From the human T2T-CHM13v2.0 reference genome, Homo sapiens: a stretch of 64,000 nt of DNA. Under the pieces are notes generated by a model. The model was given only the letters and a program-made list of their open reading frames with translations, had not been told where the DNA came from and made no database searches. Positions 14,203-27,399 of this stretch are shown piece after piece (positions within the stretch are counted from its first letter, which is position 1; each line of letters begins with the position of its first letter). The translations under genes and the position numbers were made by a program. The stretch lies in the NCBI RefSeq assembly GCF_009914755.1, contig NC_060935.1. One strand, written 5' to 3'.

Positions 14203-14310
14203 TCTGCTCAGACACGGGGATGCATGTTTCCTGCCAGAGGAGTGCCCCTGCACTTGGAAGGGGAAGGAGTATTTCCCTGGGGACCAGGTGATGTCTCCTT
14301 GCCATACCTG
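14203..14310 (+). CDS. OTOG: OTOG E6 (LLRHGDACF...SPCHT), 108 nt, phase 2-2
   Basis: gtctctacag| acceptor; TG|gtaagt donor. Confidence 0.94.
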
Positions 14311-14399
14311 GTAAGTGAGGGTCCCAAGCAGGCTTTGCTTTTTTGCTGGGAGGGGGCATGGATATGGGTGCATAATCAAGAGTATAGTCTAGCATTCCC

Positions 14400-14970
14400 A
14401 TTTCATTATGTTTGTATTCATGTTGTGCGTTTGTGTGTTGTGTGTGGTATAGGGGTTTGTGTACACATAGGAGTATATGCATACAAAGGAATATTTTTGT
14501 TTTTACATGAGTATGTTTGTTCAGTCATGTATATGAATGTGTATACATGCATATTTGTAACCATGGCAATTTGTTTGCATATTTATATGAACATATGAGT
14601 GTGAGTGCAAATCCAAAATGCACATGTGCATATGTGAACATGCATGTACATGGATGTATATAAAAAGGCAGGCATTCACAAATCTCAATATGTCAGTGAA
14701 TATGTACAATTAGAAATTTGTTTATGTAGACAGGTGTGTTTATATATATTTTTGTGCATATGGATCCATTTAAAATGTGTGCACATGTATGTGCAAAGTG
14801 TGTGGATGTATGTTTTTAATGGCTATACATATTTGTATTCACATGTGAGTGTAAATGTCTGTGTAAATGTGCATTGTGTTTGCCTGTGAATAGGTACATT
14901 CTTGTGTATGAAAGTACGTGTGAGGGTATTTGTTTAGTAATGTAAGTGTGCATATGTGGGAGTGTGTGCC
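14400..14970. repeat. Degenerate TG/TA alternating purine-pyrimidine tract
   Basis: Direct reading. Confidence 0.85.
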
Positions 14971-16148
14971 CCTGGATTGGATTCTGTGGAAACAGACTCG
15001 GGGTTAGTTCTGCAGGGCCTGTTCTGGGCCACACAGAGGTGGGTAGGCAGTGGGTAGACTCAGCTTTCTGATAGAGAGAATGCTGGGGGACGGGGTGAGG
15101 AACGATGAATGTGCCCTGATGCTGGAGAGCAAACCCAGTCACTGTTCCAATTTGGAGAACCAGCTAGGGGTGGCCTGAGGTGAGCAGGAAGCCCCTGGCA
15201 CTGGAACTTCAGGGCCCAGCAGAGAAGCTCAGAGAGGTTCTATCTCAGAGACCCATCTGGCTAGCTGGAGCATGGCCCCCAGTCCCTGTCCCATGCTGGG
15301 ACTGAAACCACCCTGTTTCTCTGGCCTAGAGGAAGGCCATAGTGTTTCTTTCTGTGTTAGAAGCAGGGTCACGGTCAAGCCCATCTGCTCCAAGGCCGGT
15401 TTCTCCAGATACATCAGAGTGTACTTGTAGGGTCAGAGCCCTGGCTGTCTGACCCCAGAAGTCCCTGGGTATAATGTTAAGACACAGACCTCTGCACAGG
15501 CTGTGTGCTCATTTTTTTTCTTGAGATTTTGTGACTGTGGTGAGCCAGAGCTCACCAGGGATGCCAGGCACATGAGGTGGGAGACTGGGGATGGCTGGCC
15601 TGGATTTGCCCAGGGGTGCTCAGGCCCTGAGATGGATTCACTTCCATCACTTCCCTGGACTCCAGCCCCTGTAGCAGCACCCTCACCCTCAGGCAGGGGA
15701 TAGCTGAGTTACATTGAATCCTCTCCTGTGAGTGCATTGTGCTCAGAAATCAGATCCAAGGCAGAGGTGGTAAGGAGTCTGGAGCCAAGGCCGAAGAGCT
15801 GGGATTATTTAGGATTTGGAACCCTGACATGAGGAGGCATCTGCCTTCATAGGAGAGGCTGACTGGCCATAGGGTGGATGTCCTCTCTTCCATAGAAAAC
15901 TAGGAGATAGATGGGCAAGTTTTTACTTTTTAACTCAGTTGTAAAAATTCTACCTCCTAATACAGGGACAAACCTTAACATTTGCCCTCGAAGGACCTGC
16001 CACTGTGGCCCAGATTCCAGCTGCTCTCCCGTGGGGAGGCAGGTGCTGGAGATGTGTTGCGCTGGTGTGACTCGAGCATTTGCTGGGATCTCTTTACCAG
16101 GATGGAGCCTGGCTACCCATCCCTTCCCAGCTCTGTGTTCCGTGTCAC

Positions 16149-16184
16149 CATGGTCGGCAGCATGGTCGGCAGCATGGTCAGGCA
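16149..16184. repeat. 12-bp tandem repeat catggtcggcag, about 3 copies
   Basis: Direct reading. Confidence 0.85.
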
Positions 16185-16329
16185 CAGTGGGAGTATTTCC
16201 AGCAGTTATGCATTTATGGCTGAGTTGTAGGTCATGTAGGTGGGTGAATGACAGGATGGATACATAGGCTTAGGAAGCCACGTGGAGTCAGTGCATGACT
16301 GAGCCTGTCCCTCATTGTTGCTGTCAGAC

Positions 16330-18900
16330 ACAGAGCCCTGGGTCATGCCCCTTTACTTCTAAAGATTTTGGCACTGAGCTCTGTGACTCTTGCCAACCCT
16401 ACTCCTTCCCTAATTCTTGGAGATTTTAGTATCTGTTTAGAGGTGCTTCTAGTATCTCCCGACATCTCAGATTCTTCATCCTCTCTCTTCCAAAGATCTT
16501 TCTCCACCCTAGTGGAGTGAGGAGTCATCTTGTAGATCTTGCCGTTCCCAACAACTCACCCAGCCCATATCCCAATGCGTCTCACCTCACCTTCTGTCTT
16601 TCTACTCCACTCCCTCTCATACCCTGACTCCCTCAATCCTGCAACCCCACAGGGATTTCTCATCCATGATCCCTACCACCTCTCTGCTGCCTCTCACCCC
16701 CTCGATGTCTCCCCTTCCCTTTTACCTCAACCTGTGGTCCAGAACCATAATCACTTCCTTGAGTTTAGCCCCACTTCTGTTCCTCCTCCTGCTTTGCCCT
16801 ACTTGTTTGGCAAAACCACAACCCTGGTGACATCCACACCTTTACTTCCTTTGTACCTGCACCCATGCAGCTGAATGTGACTGGAGGGATGTGCAAAACC
16901 CGGCTTCCAGCTCTCGTTTTAAATTCATGGGCTCAGAAGGGTCGAAAAGGCCCTTAGAGCTGATGGGCTCTCGGATTGTATTTCCCGGGTCTCCTTTGCT
17001 CTTTCATCCCACTAGATAACTATTCCACTCTTTCTCCTCTCTCCTCAAAGCCCTGACACCTCCTCCCCTCTTATTCTCAGCTGATGATACTGCTTCCTGT
17101 TTCCCTGAGGAAATTAAAGCCATGAGAAGAGAACTTTCCAGGCTCTGTACCCATGTATTTTGCCCGTACAACAGATGAACTAAGTGTCCGTGTTCCTATC
17201 TAAAGTGAAGTTCCTTCACTTGTCCTTTGGGTCCTAGCTCCTCACTTGTCCACCTAAGGGAACCACTGCAGCATCTCTCCCTCTTTTCTCCCATATAAAC
17301 AATTTGCATTCTCTACTGGCTCATCCCTATTGCATAAAAATATATCGTTTGAAAAACTTCCAACCTCCTAGGAACTGCTCCATTTCTCTGCTCGCCTTTT
17401 ATTGCAAAACTCCCTGAACACTTTTTCTATACTTGCTGTTTCAACTTTCTGTTCTCCCGTTCCCCTTTAAGCCCTTTCGGTCAGGCATTTTCCCCATCAT
17501 TCCTTCGAAACTATTCCTACTAAGGTCACCAGTAACTTCATATTGCCATATCCAGTTAGCCTTTCTCAGTCCTCACCTTCCTAGACCTGTGGGCAGCATT
17601 TGACACAGTTGATCACTTTTCCATTATTCCCTCCTTCTTGATACTTTCATTCATGTGGCTTTTGGGACACCACCTCCTCTTGCTTTTCCTCCGACCTCTC
17701 TTCCTGTTCCTTCTCCGCTTCCTTCATTGGTTCTTCCTCTTCTCCAACCTCTTGATATTGGAGCAACCCAAGAGACCTCTCCTCCTCTCTATTTATACTT
17801 ACTCCCTTGGTGAACTCTCCCAATCTCATGGCTACAAGGCCCATCCATAAGCAGAGGACTACCAGATTTCTACCTGTAGTCCAATCCATGCTTCTCAACT
17901 CTAGGCTCACACATCCAACTGCCTACTTGACATCACCATACGTATGTCTAATGGAGGTCTCAAATTCAACATGTCCAGAACAGCACATCTGATCTTCCCC
18001 CTCAAACTTGCTTCTCCCTCAGCCTTCCCCATCTGAGTTGATGAAGACTTCATTCTCCCAGTTGCTCAGGCCAAAAAACCTGGAGTCAACCTCGAGTCTT
18101 GTCTTTCACTACCTATATCCAACCTCTCTGCAAATCCCTTTGGTTCTACCTTCAAAATACATCCAGAATCTGACAACTTCTCACTCTTTCCACTGCTGTT
18201 ACCCTGCTCCAGGCTGCCGTGATCTCTTCCCTGATGTGCTGCAGTAGCCACTCAGCTGGTCTTTCTGCTTCCCCTTGACCGCCTTGAGCTTAGGCTCGGT
18301 GCGGCAGCCAGAGTGGAACATAAATCACACAGTGTCATTCCCATGATCAAGTCTTCCAATGCCCACCACCCCCCATTCCTAGCAGGAGCTAACCTTCCTA
18401 CAGTGGCCTTATTGGACCCATGTCACCTGACCGTCCGTCGCCCCTCTGAATTCCTCTTCTACTCTCTTGCCCTTGCCCTCTCCATTCTAGCCATGTTGTC
18501 TCCCGAGTGTTCCCCACAGACTTTGGAGAGACTGTACCCTTTATTTGAAATACCCTTCTTACAGATGCCCATGGAGTTAACTCTGTCACCTCCTTTATGT
18601 CTCTACTCACACATGCCCCAACCACCCTATTTAAAATTGTAACCCACTCCACCCACATTCCCAGTGATCTGTATCCTGCTCCCCCATAACACTCATTGCC
18701 TTCTAATGCACTATAGTACATACTTGCACTGCCTTATTATTTTTTATTTAGTGTATCTCTTCTCCCTCTAGAATAAACATTCCCAGAGGCAGACGGTTTT
18801 CTTTTTGTTTTATTCACTGATGTATCACAAAATTTTGGAAGAATGCCTGAGATATGGTAGGCACCTAATATTTGTAGAATGAATGGGTAAGTGAATGAAT
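16330..18900 (+). mobile_element. Long L2 (LINE2) fragment, about 2.5 kb
   Basis: CT-rich L2 body (atttgacacagttgatcac, aaattcaacatgtcc) ending in the L2 tail aatatttgtagaatgaatg; 5' boundary approximate. Confidence 0.8.
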
Positions 18901-19178
18901 GGAGTGGTAAAGGGAGTCTAGACTTTGGAGTTAAATAGATCTGGGTTAAATGTCAGGTCCATTATTTATTGGCTGTGTTTCATAACCTCTCTGAGCCCCT
19001 GTGTCTCCTGCATGAAATCACAATCCTGCCCTCCAGGCTCCTGTTAGAGGTTGGTGTTTGTTGACCTCTTTGCCGAGGGACACAGTGCACATGCATTCGA
19101 TAAGCCATGGCTCTGTCATGAGTATTCAGGTATGGGGTGGGTGTGCCCTGTGAGCTGGTCTGGGCATGTGTTTTTCAG

Positions 19179-19317
19179 TGTGTGCCAGCGGGGCTCATTC
19201 CAGTGCACCCTGCACCCTTGCGCCTCCACCTGCACTGCCTATGGGGACCGGCATTACCGCACGTTTGATGGGCTCCCGTTTGACTTCGTGGGGGCATGCA
19301 AAGTGCACCTGGTCAAG
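19179..19317 (+). CDS. OTOG: OTOG E7, start of VWD3 (VCQRGSF...[10 protein letters not shown]...HLVK), 139 nt, phase 2-0
   Basis: tttttcag| acceptor; AAG|gtgagt donor; TFDG motif. Confidence 0.95.
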
Positions 19318-20921
19318 GTGAGTTCCCGGATGTTTCTGCCCAGTTGGCTCCATGCACAGCTGTCAGGGCACTCTGGTGCTCTGGACTCCAGTTTGATGCA
19401 GAATTGGGTGATCGGGGATCTAAGCCCTGAGGTGGGGCTATCTAGAGACTGGAAGAAGTGCTGAGGCACAAGCTCAGGGCTGGATGGAGCTCACCAGTCC
19501 TGAGATACCACACTGCCTGTCTGCTCACCGTTATAATCTTGCTCTGTTGGGTCCCAGTGCTTTTTTCTGTCTATAATAGCAAGAGCTAATGCTTTTTGAG
19601 CTTTATTATGTACCTAGGGGCATATTGAGCCATATTTTGTGGATTATTTCACTTAAATATCACAGCAGCTTTACAAGGTAAAGTTTATGGATCCTATGTT
19701 ATAGATGTAACAATTCAGGCTAAGGGAAGTTAGGTAACTTGCCCAAGGTCACACAGCAGTCAGTGGTAGAGCTGGGGTCAAGTTTGACCAAGAAATCTGA
19801 CTGGAGAGTTGGAGTGCTTAAAGGAGTCACAGGTTATAATTTTCGGCTCACCTGGAGGAAGAAAACTGGTGATGTGGGGGGCACAGTGAAGGCAGGATCC
19901 CTACCCCAGGAGGAATGGGCACTGATGTGGTGGAGGAGTGTCACCCAGGGGACCTTGGGTTTGCTAATAGCCTATCTCATCTTATAAGAGTAACATCAAT
20001 AATAAAAATAACATGTAATAATAACAATGACAAAACCTTTTATGGAAGGAATCCTACCTATAGGGCAGGCACTGTACTGGGGTCTTTCACATAATTGCAG
20101 TAACTCTACAAGATGAAGATAATTGACCTCATTTTATTTAAAAAGTTTTAAAGGTTAATGCAGTGTATATTAAAAACAGATATTCCCCTTCCCAATTCTT
20201 CTGTTCCTATCTCCTGTTAAATAACCACTCCAGTCAGGGATGAATCCTGCAAGAACATTTTTCTGTGAGACATGGACACACACACACACACACTTTGTTT
20301 AGTTTATGTGAATAAGATTCTACAATGTGCTTTTTTTACTTAAGAGGATACCTCGGACTTGATTTCATATAGTTGGTACACACTTTTTTCTTTTGAACAG
20401 CTGTGTAGAATTCTACAGAAATAATGCCCTCGAGTTTGCTTTATTTTTTCCCCATCGATGGACATTTAGGTTGTCTCCAATATTTAAATGCAGCAGTGAA
20501 TACCTGTGTGGATGTATCCCCAGGTTCTTAGAAGTAGAATTGCTGTATAAAAAGCTACATACATTTAAAATATTCAATGCCAGCAAATTCCCCTTCAAAA
20601 AGCTTACACTAGCATCAAGGATGTATGTGAGACAGTGCCTCTTCCCCATACCCTATCAACACAATCATCCCTATTATATATTTATTAATACATTCATTCA
20701 TCAGATATTTTGGGGAGTCATTACATGTTAAACACCGCACTAGGCATCCAAAACCAGAACAGCTTCAGAGAACAGAAGTCGCCCAAAGTCACACAGCTCA
20801 GCTAACACAAAGTAGAAGTGGACTGAAAGCCACTCCAGAGAGCGTGTTCCTCCACCTCTGTACCTCTTGGCAGGATCTCCTTTCTCCCTTGTTTTATTGG
20901 ACTCACTTATTCTCTCCTCAG

Positions 20922-21056
20922 AGCACATCAGATGTCAGCTTCTCTGTGATTGTAGAGAATGTGAACTGCTACAGCTCTGGCATGATCTGCAGGAAATTTA
21001 TTTCCATCAACGTTGGGAACTCACTCATTGTCTTTGATGATGACTCCGGAAATCCT
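20922..21056 (+). CDS. OTOG: OTOG E8, VWD3 (STSDVSF...SGNP), 135 nt, phase 0-0
   Basis: tctctcctcag| acceptor; CCT|gtaagg donor. Confidence 0.93.
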
Positions 21057-21338
21057 GTAAGGCTCAGTGCCTGTGAAGGTTGTGTAGACAATTTACAGGT
21101 TACCAGGGTTGGGGCAGAAGAGGGCTGAGGACTGGCTTCCTTACCATAGCAGTTTCTCTTGGAGAGCCACTGAGTTAGGAGCCCAGACTGAATTCCTCTT
21201 GGCCAGGGTCAGGAACACAGAGGCCAATGTCAGGGTATGAGGGAGGCAGAGGCATTGGTGAGGGCCTGGCTGCAGGCATAGCTGACCTGGGCGCTAGGGG
21301 GCACTTGGGCTCAGGACTGACCATCTCTGTCCCTCTAG

Positions 21339-21485
21339 AGTCCAGAGAGCTTCCTGGATGACAAGCAGGAGGTCCACACATGGCAAGTGGGATTTTTCAC
21401 ACTGGTGCATTTCCCACAGGAGCACATCACCCTCTTGTGGGACCAGAGAACCACAGTGCACGTCCAGGCTGGGCCTCAGTGGCAG
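21339..21485 (+). CDS. OTOG: OTOG E9, VWD3 (SPESFLDD...GPQWQ), 147 nt, phase 0-0
   Basis: tccctctag| acceptor; CAG|gtactt donor. Confidence 0.93.
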
Positions 21486-21775
21486 GTACTTACATGAGCA
21501 GTGACATTCTGCTCCTGCCTGGGGCTAAGCCAAGCCCTGGGTGTCCTTGGGTGAGCTGTACCCTCCCTGAGGAGCCAAGAAGAGCATGCCTCTGTTCTCT
21601 CCTCCGCCCTGCTCTGGGCCCCTTCTCCTCTGACATTGCTCCATCCCTCTTCAAACTGTGACCTCAGCAGTGGCTTCTAGGTCTATGATAGACTCCTGGG
21701 CTCATGGTGACCCCTCTGCCCGTGGCTCACCTCTGGCAGGCCTGCAACTGACCATGGTGTCCTCTCTCCTTTCAG

Positions 21776-21895
21776 GGCCAGCTGGCGGGCCTCTGTGGGA
21801 ACTTTGACTTAAAAACCATCAATGAGATGAGGACCCCGGAGAACCTAGAGCTAACTAACCCCCAGGAGTTTGGCAGCAGTTGGGCTGCAGTTGAG
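21776..21895 (+). CDS. OTOG: OTOG E10, VWD3 end ([11 protein letters not shown]...WAAVE), 120 nt, phase 0-0
   Basis: ctcctttcag| acceptor; GAG|gtaaag donor; GLCGNFD motif. Confidence 0.95.
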
Positions 21896-23114
21896 GTAAA
21901 GCCTCTCTTTCAGGCTGGCTTATGCCCCTCACTCAGATGGGCGCTGCCAGCACTGAACCCGGCCCAAGGTCAGGGAAGAGGGATGCTGGTGTGAGGTTTC
22001 TCCTGCAATGTTCTCTCAGCCTCTGACTGCATCCCTAGCCCTAGACTCTGTCCTATGGCCCAAAGATCATGCATAGTCTTGTCTCACAAATCCAGCTGCC
22101 CACCCTACCCTGGACCAAGCCCTGGTAGGGTGGTGGAGGGTTGGGAAGGTGACAAAGTCTGTCCCAGGAGAGATGGTCACTCATGATGATGCTTCCCAGT
22201 GCCTGGCACTAGGTCTCGCACAGAGAAGAGACCAAGAGAGACTGAGGTGGGTTGAGGCAATCAGGGAAGGCTTCCTGAAGGAGATGAGAGTGGTGCTGGC
22301 ACTTAAAGGCTGGGCCATGCTTAAATAGATGAATATATCAGAGATAAGGTCTCTGAGAGGAAGGGCAACACTAGCAGAGATAGAAATGAGGGGGTCTGCC
22401 CAAAGGACAGTCTGCGAGATGTCTAACTGAGGCTGCCAATCTGTGAGCTGTGGGGGAAACAGCACTGAGTTGAGAGCAGTAGACCTGGGTTCTTGTCTTG
22501 GGTCATCCATTGACTTTCTGGGTGACCTTGAGTAAGTCCCATTCCTCTGCAGAGAGGGGACTGGGCCAAGAGAGGGCTGATGAATAGATTTCACTTCATG
22601 TGACAACTCTGATTGGTCAAAACAGACTGCTTGGGAGCTATGTTGAGAAACATCCAAGATCTGTGTCAAGCTCAGCTGGAAGGAGGACTGTGATCGATTA
22701 TTTATGTCTGCCATAGGAGCAGCAGTGGAGAGTGGTGATATGAGCGTTACATATTTGCCTCTCCTGGACTTAGTGATCTTAATGCCCTGCTGGGAAGTAC
22801 ACGGAGATGAGCCTATGTAGACTGGGGTAAGGGAAGCAGTCGTGCATGGCCTGGAGTTCAACTGCTCCAGGTGGGGCAGGGCTGTTCCCACAGCCTCTGA
22901 AATCCTGAGGTGGGACAAGGGTTCCCACAGCCTCTGAAAAGTGCGCCCTAACACACCCCCATTTTAGAGAAGCTCAGTGGGTGACTAACCCTTGTTCTCC
23001 CCACACCCCCATGTACATCATATTTCTCTCTTGCTAATCCCATTCGGCATACCATGGGGTTCTCCAGTGAAAATGTAGTCTAAGGAAGGAGATTCAGCAG
23101 ACATCGGAAACATC

Positions 23115-23710
23115 TGTATTAGTTATCTACTGCTATATAAAAATTTTATGAGACTTAGTGGCATTAAACAACACACATGTATTATTTCAGTTTCTGTGGG
23201 CCAGGAGTCAGGACACGGCCTGACTTGGTTCCCTGCTTAGTGTCTCACAAGGCTGCAATCAAGGTGTCAGCTAGGGCTGGGCTCTCATCTGGAGGCTCTA
23301 CTGGGGAAGGAACTGCATCCTCATCTGCTCACATGGTTGTTGATTACATTCAGCTCCTTGCAACTGTAGGGCTGGGAGCTTCCATATTTTGGGCTGGCTT
23401 TTGGCCAGAGACCACCCTCAGCTCCAAGAGACCACTGACACTTCCATCCATGTGGGGTCCCCCAGCATGGCTGCTTGCTTCCTCACAGCCAGCAAGGGAG
23501 AGACTCCAGCAAGATGGGCTCTGGGATCTCATGTTGGGAATCATGTGATCACATACACATGGCCACGTCCATCCCATCACCTGGGCCATATTCTGTTGGT
23601 TTGAGGCAAGGTATAGGTCCCTTCTACACTCAAGGGGAGGAGATTTTACAAGGACCTGAATATCAGGGGGCAAGGATCATGGCGGCCACCCTAAAATCTG
23701 TCTGTCATGT
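23115..23710. mobile_element. MLT1-type (ERVL-MaLR) solo LTR
   Basis: Begins tgtattagttatctactgct; MLT1 motifs aaggctgcaatcaaggtgtcagc and tcaaggggaggag. Confidence 0.8.
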
Positions 23711-23766
23711 CAGGCAACAGGCATTTGGCAAGTAGGGAGGTCAACAGCCCTGCCTTTGCCCCTCAG

Positions 23767-23883
23767 TGCCCAGACACCCTCGATCCTCGGGATATGTGTG
23801 TCCTGAATCCTCTCCGAGAACCATTTGCCAAGAAGGAGTGCAGCATCCTGCTCAGTGAGGTGTTTGAGATCTGCCACCCTGTG
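23767..23883 (+). CDS. OTOG: OTOG E11, C8 (CPDTLDP...CHPV), 117 nt, phase 0-0
   Basis: gcccctcag| acceptor; GTG|gtgagt donor. Confidence 0.94.
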
Positions 23884-24579
23884 GTGAGTGTACCCCAGCC
23901 TCGGCTCCTCCCGAGTGCCCCCTCCACTGTCCTGGGATCCCTTCAGCTCTCAGACTCCCCCATGTCTCAGAGGAGACAGCTCAGATCTCCAGGGAAGATC
24001 TGCCTCTGCCATTCCCCTGCCTCCAGCCAGCTCAGATGAGTCCGTCCTATTTCCCCAGATGACCAGGCACAGACAGCCAGGAAAACAGAGCTTGTGCCCT
24101 TTTCAAGCCCATCTTGATCTGGCCCTTCCTCCTTATCATGAAGTTCTTCTAAATGGTGGACCCAAAGCCCTCATGCTGAGGCACCACCTATTGCCTGTTT
24201 TGCTTCAGTGCACACAGAGGAGGCTGGGGCTCAGCACTGCATGGCACCCTGCAGGCCTTGAAGGCTGCTGTCAGATTGGCCTTGGCTGTCTCTGGCCCTG
24301 GCTAGGCAGTTCAGGCTCTACTCCTGTTCAGCCATTCTTGGCTCCTGGATCAAACAGCCCAGACTAAGGAGAGAAGAGAGCTTAGTTCTCAAAAGTGGAC
24401 ATCTGCCTGGACCATGGAGTTCTCGCTTCCTTGTCCTTCTCCCTTCACACCTCATGAGACAGGATAGCTCACCCTATCCTGTGGTCCCTTCATGTTGGTG
24501 CTGGTCGTCATCAGCTGAAAAGATGCAGATCTGACATTTGGGATCTGTCCTCTGACCTCTAACTTCTGACCTTCTCCAG

Positions 24580-24736
24580 GTTGATGTCACTTGGTTTTAC
24601 TCAAACTGCCTGACAGACACATGTGGCTGCAGCCAGGGTGGTGACTGTGAGTGCTTCTGTGCCAGCGTCTCCGCTTATGCCCACCAGTGTTGCCAGCATG
24701 GGGTGGCTGTTGACTGGCGAACCCCCCGCCTCTGCC
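24580..24736 (+). CDS. OTOG: OTOG E12, C8 ([10 protein letters not shown]...GGDCECFC...WRTPRLC), 157 nt, phase 0-1
   Basis: cttctccag| acceptor; C|gtgagt donor; mucin/VWF D3 motif. Confidence 0.95.
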
Positions 24737-25893
24737 GTGAGTGTCCCAGACAATCACCTGAGGGGACAGAGTAGAGTGTCACCTGTGGGCATGCCCTAGG
24801 GGTACTGGCAGTCTGTCTAGCATTTACTGAGTACTTAGAATGTACCAAGCACCAACTGCTTTGGGCGTGTTATTCATTGAATTCTTACAACTACCCTTTG
24901 AAACAGGGCTATATATTTCCTATTTTACAGTTGAAGAAACAGCCTAGAGAGAGAGATCAAGTAACATGCTCAAGGTTAGTGGAGGAGCCAGGGTTCATCC
25001 CTAGAGAGTCCAATGCGAACCCGAGCTCATAGCCACTTTGTTAGAAGAGTCAGGAGCCTAGACCCAGAGCTACCACTCGCAAGCTATGTGACTTCAAACA
25101 ACTCACCCAACCTCTCTAGGGCTCAATTTTCTTGTGTGAGAAGCAGGAATAGACCTGCCCCCCAGGTTGACTCTGAGGACCAAACTGGGTGATGAATATA
25201 GAAGTCCTTTGTCAGCTGAGGTTTGCAGGTCCCATCAGAGGCAGCACAGATGATCAGTTTATTCAGAGTAATGGTGGTCTGCAGATGCTTTTCATTGCAC
25301 ACACCTATCAAGTAAAATCATTTTGTGCACATACATATGCGTACATAGATATGCATCCATAGATATACTCCTCAAGTAAAATATGTAAACAAATTTAAAA
25401 ATTAATATTTAAAAGATGAAAGAAAATATAAAGAAGGCTAAATTCTTCATTGATTATTTTTTATTTATTCCCACGCACCAAAGGATTTTCCTCGTGCAAG
25501 CACCTCACCTTGGGGTGCGATGGCCATTACACAGCCTTGCGCTCTGGGGTCAGACTGACTGAGTTTGGCCCCAAGCTCCACTGAGTTGGCCTGGGACATA
25601 TTCCTCACACTCTGAGTCTCTTCGTCTGTAATAGAAGGGTGAAGATAACTGCTTCTACCTTGTAGGGTACTGTGAGGTTTAAACAAGGCATTGCATGTAC
25701 AGCACTTGGCACAGTGCCCTGTGCTAATGTGGGGGTTGTTGTCATTTTTTCATGGACACCCAGTACTGACATGTCCAGAGCCCTGAGGCCTGCAGGCAAG
25801 ACGCCAAAGGAAGAAGGTGGAGCAGAAGGACACTTGCTGAGGGTCCACTGTGTGCCAGGCCTTGTGCCTATGTGCATTACTTCATTTAATATG

Positions 25894-26291
25894 CAAGACT
25901 AGGGGGAGGTGATTGAGGTGCTTACCTGGGGTACAAAGTTTCAGGGGGCACCAAAAATGCAGTAATCAAGAGAAATAATGTTTCAATATAATATTTCTGT
26001 AAAATAAAAATTGCTGTAAAAATACTGTGATGAACAAACTATCAAAGGATCAATAGTATTAATGTTTCCTTTTGTCTCAGTCTCTACTCCGGCTCAGTGG
26101 GAGACTGTTAATGATCTTGTCTTTATTTTTAAATTGTAATATTTTATTTATCATGGATATTTTTGCATTAATTTTGATGTTTTAAAAATATTGCATTAAG
26201 ATAGTATTTATCTTGATTACTGAGATTTTTGGTAGCCCCTTAAATTTCACATCCAAGATGAGCACTTTGCCTTACCCTGGTCCAGGCCCTG
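25894..26291. mobile_element. MER96B-like hAT-Tip100 MITE inserted in a MIR
   Basis: Long inverted arms (cagtaatcaagagaaata / tatttatcttgattactg); ends ...ccaggccctg; MIR halves on both sides. Confidence 0.75.
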
Positions 26292-26856
26292 GCAGGTCTA
26301 TGGGGCAGATGTACGTAGCGGTCCCACCTTAGAGGAGGGCACTAAATTTCACTGACGTTAAGTAATTTGGTCCAGTATGCACAGCTGATGAGTGAGGGAG
26401 GTGGGATTTGAACTCAGGTCTGACTCTAGAGAGCTGGCTTTTTAATGACTCTTCTCGGCTACCACCCCTTGACTGGGTATACCCTGGAAACCAGAAACTT
26501 GGAGATTTTCTAATTTTCTGGTTCAGCCTTCTGAGTCTGCAGATGGAGGGAGAGGCAGGCACGTGCCCCTAGCCACATGGCGGGCCTGTCTCCTGACTCC
26601 TAGTGTTCTTTCTGGAGGGTGACCCCAGATGCATTGACCTTGTGGTCTGGGGTGTGCAGTGAGTCGGTGGCTCTCTTCAGACCGTGCCTATGTGTGAAGC
26701 ATGCTGCTCCTAAGCTTTATCCCAGGTCTATCCGCCTGGCTCCTCATGGCTTTGCTGCTGGCTTTAGGGGTCTCCTGCAAGGTCCCAGGCACACCTCAGT
26801 GGACTGAGAATCTGCAGCTGAGGGGCTAGGGGAACAGGGTGTGGTGCTGGGGATGA

Positions 26857-26869
26857 CCACTAGAGGGCA
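26857..26869 (+). promoter_or_regulatory. Candidate CTCF motif CCACTAGAGGGCA
   Basis: Matches the CTCF core CCASYAGRKGGCR; occupancy unknown. Confidence 0.5.
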
Positions 26870-27399
26870 AGCTGAGCTCACGCTTGCGGGAGCTTCTCAC
26901 AGCTCGGCTGGTGGAAGCGCCTCTGCAGTGCAAGGGGCTTGAAGAAGCCGGGGATGCTGGGGGCTCCCGGTCCCCTTCCCACCGAAGGCTCTTGGAAGAC
27001 CAGCCTCCATCTTGTGCTTGCATTCCTCTGGGGGCCTTCCGCAACATTTCTGATTAAAACTCCCACTCCTTGGTTCTAATCCTGCTCTTTGGCGCCACAC
27101 AAAATACACCTGCTTCTTTTCAACATTCATTCGTTTGTTCATTTACTTGACACATCGCTGAGGTGCCTACTGTGTGCCAGTCTTTGAGCCTCGTGCTGTC
27201 GGCCCAGAGAGGAGCCATTCTCTTTCCTCCACTTAAGACATCTGCATCCATGACCATTCCCAAATCTTGACATGTGGGAGGCAGGCCAGGCCCAGCACTT
27301 GGGGAAGAAGGGAGGCTGGGATGCTGGGAGCCTTGGCTCTGTCTGTCTGTTCCAGGCTCTGGGCTGGCTCTCAGGAAGTTCCTGTTCTCTCTCTTTCAG

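Noticed and set aside
22181-22954. 257-aa antisense ORF
   Set aside because: No ATG start, no recognisable domain, and it overlaps L2/MIR-like decayed sequence.
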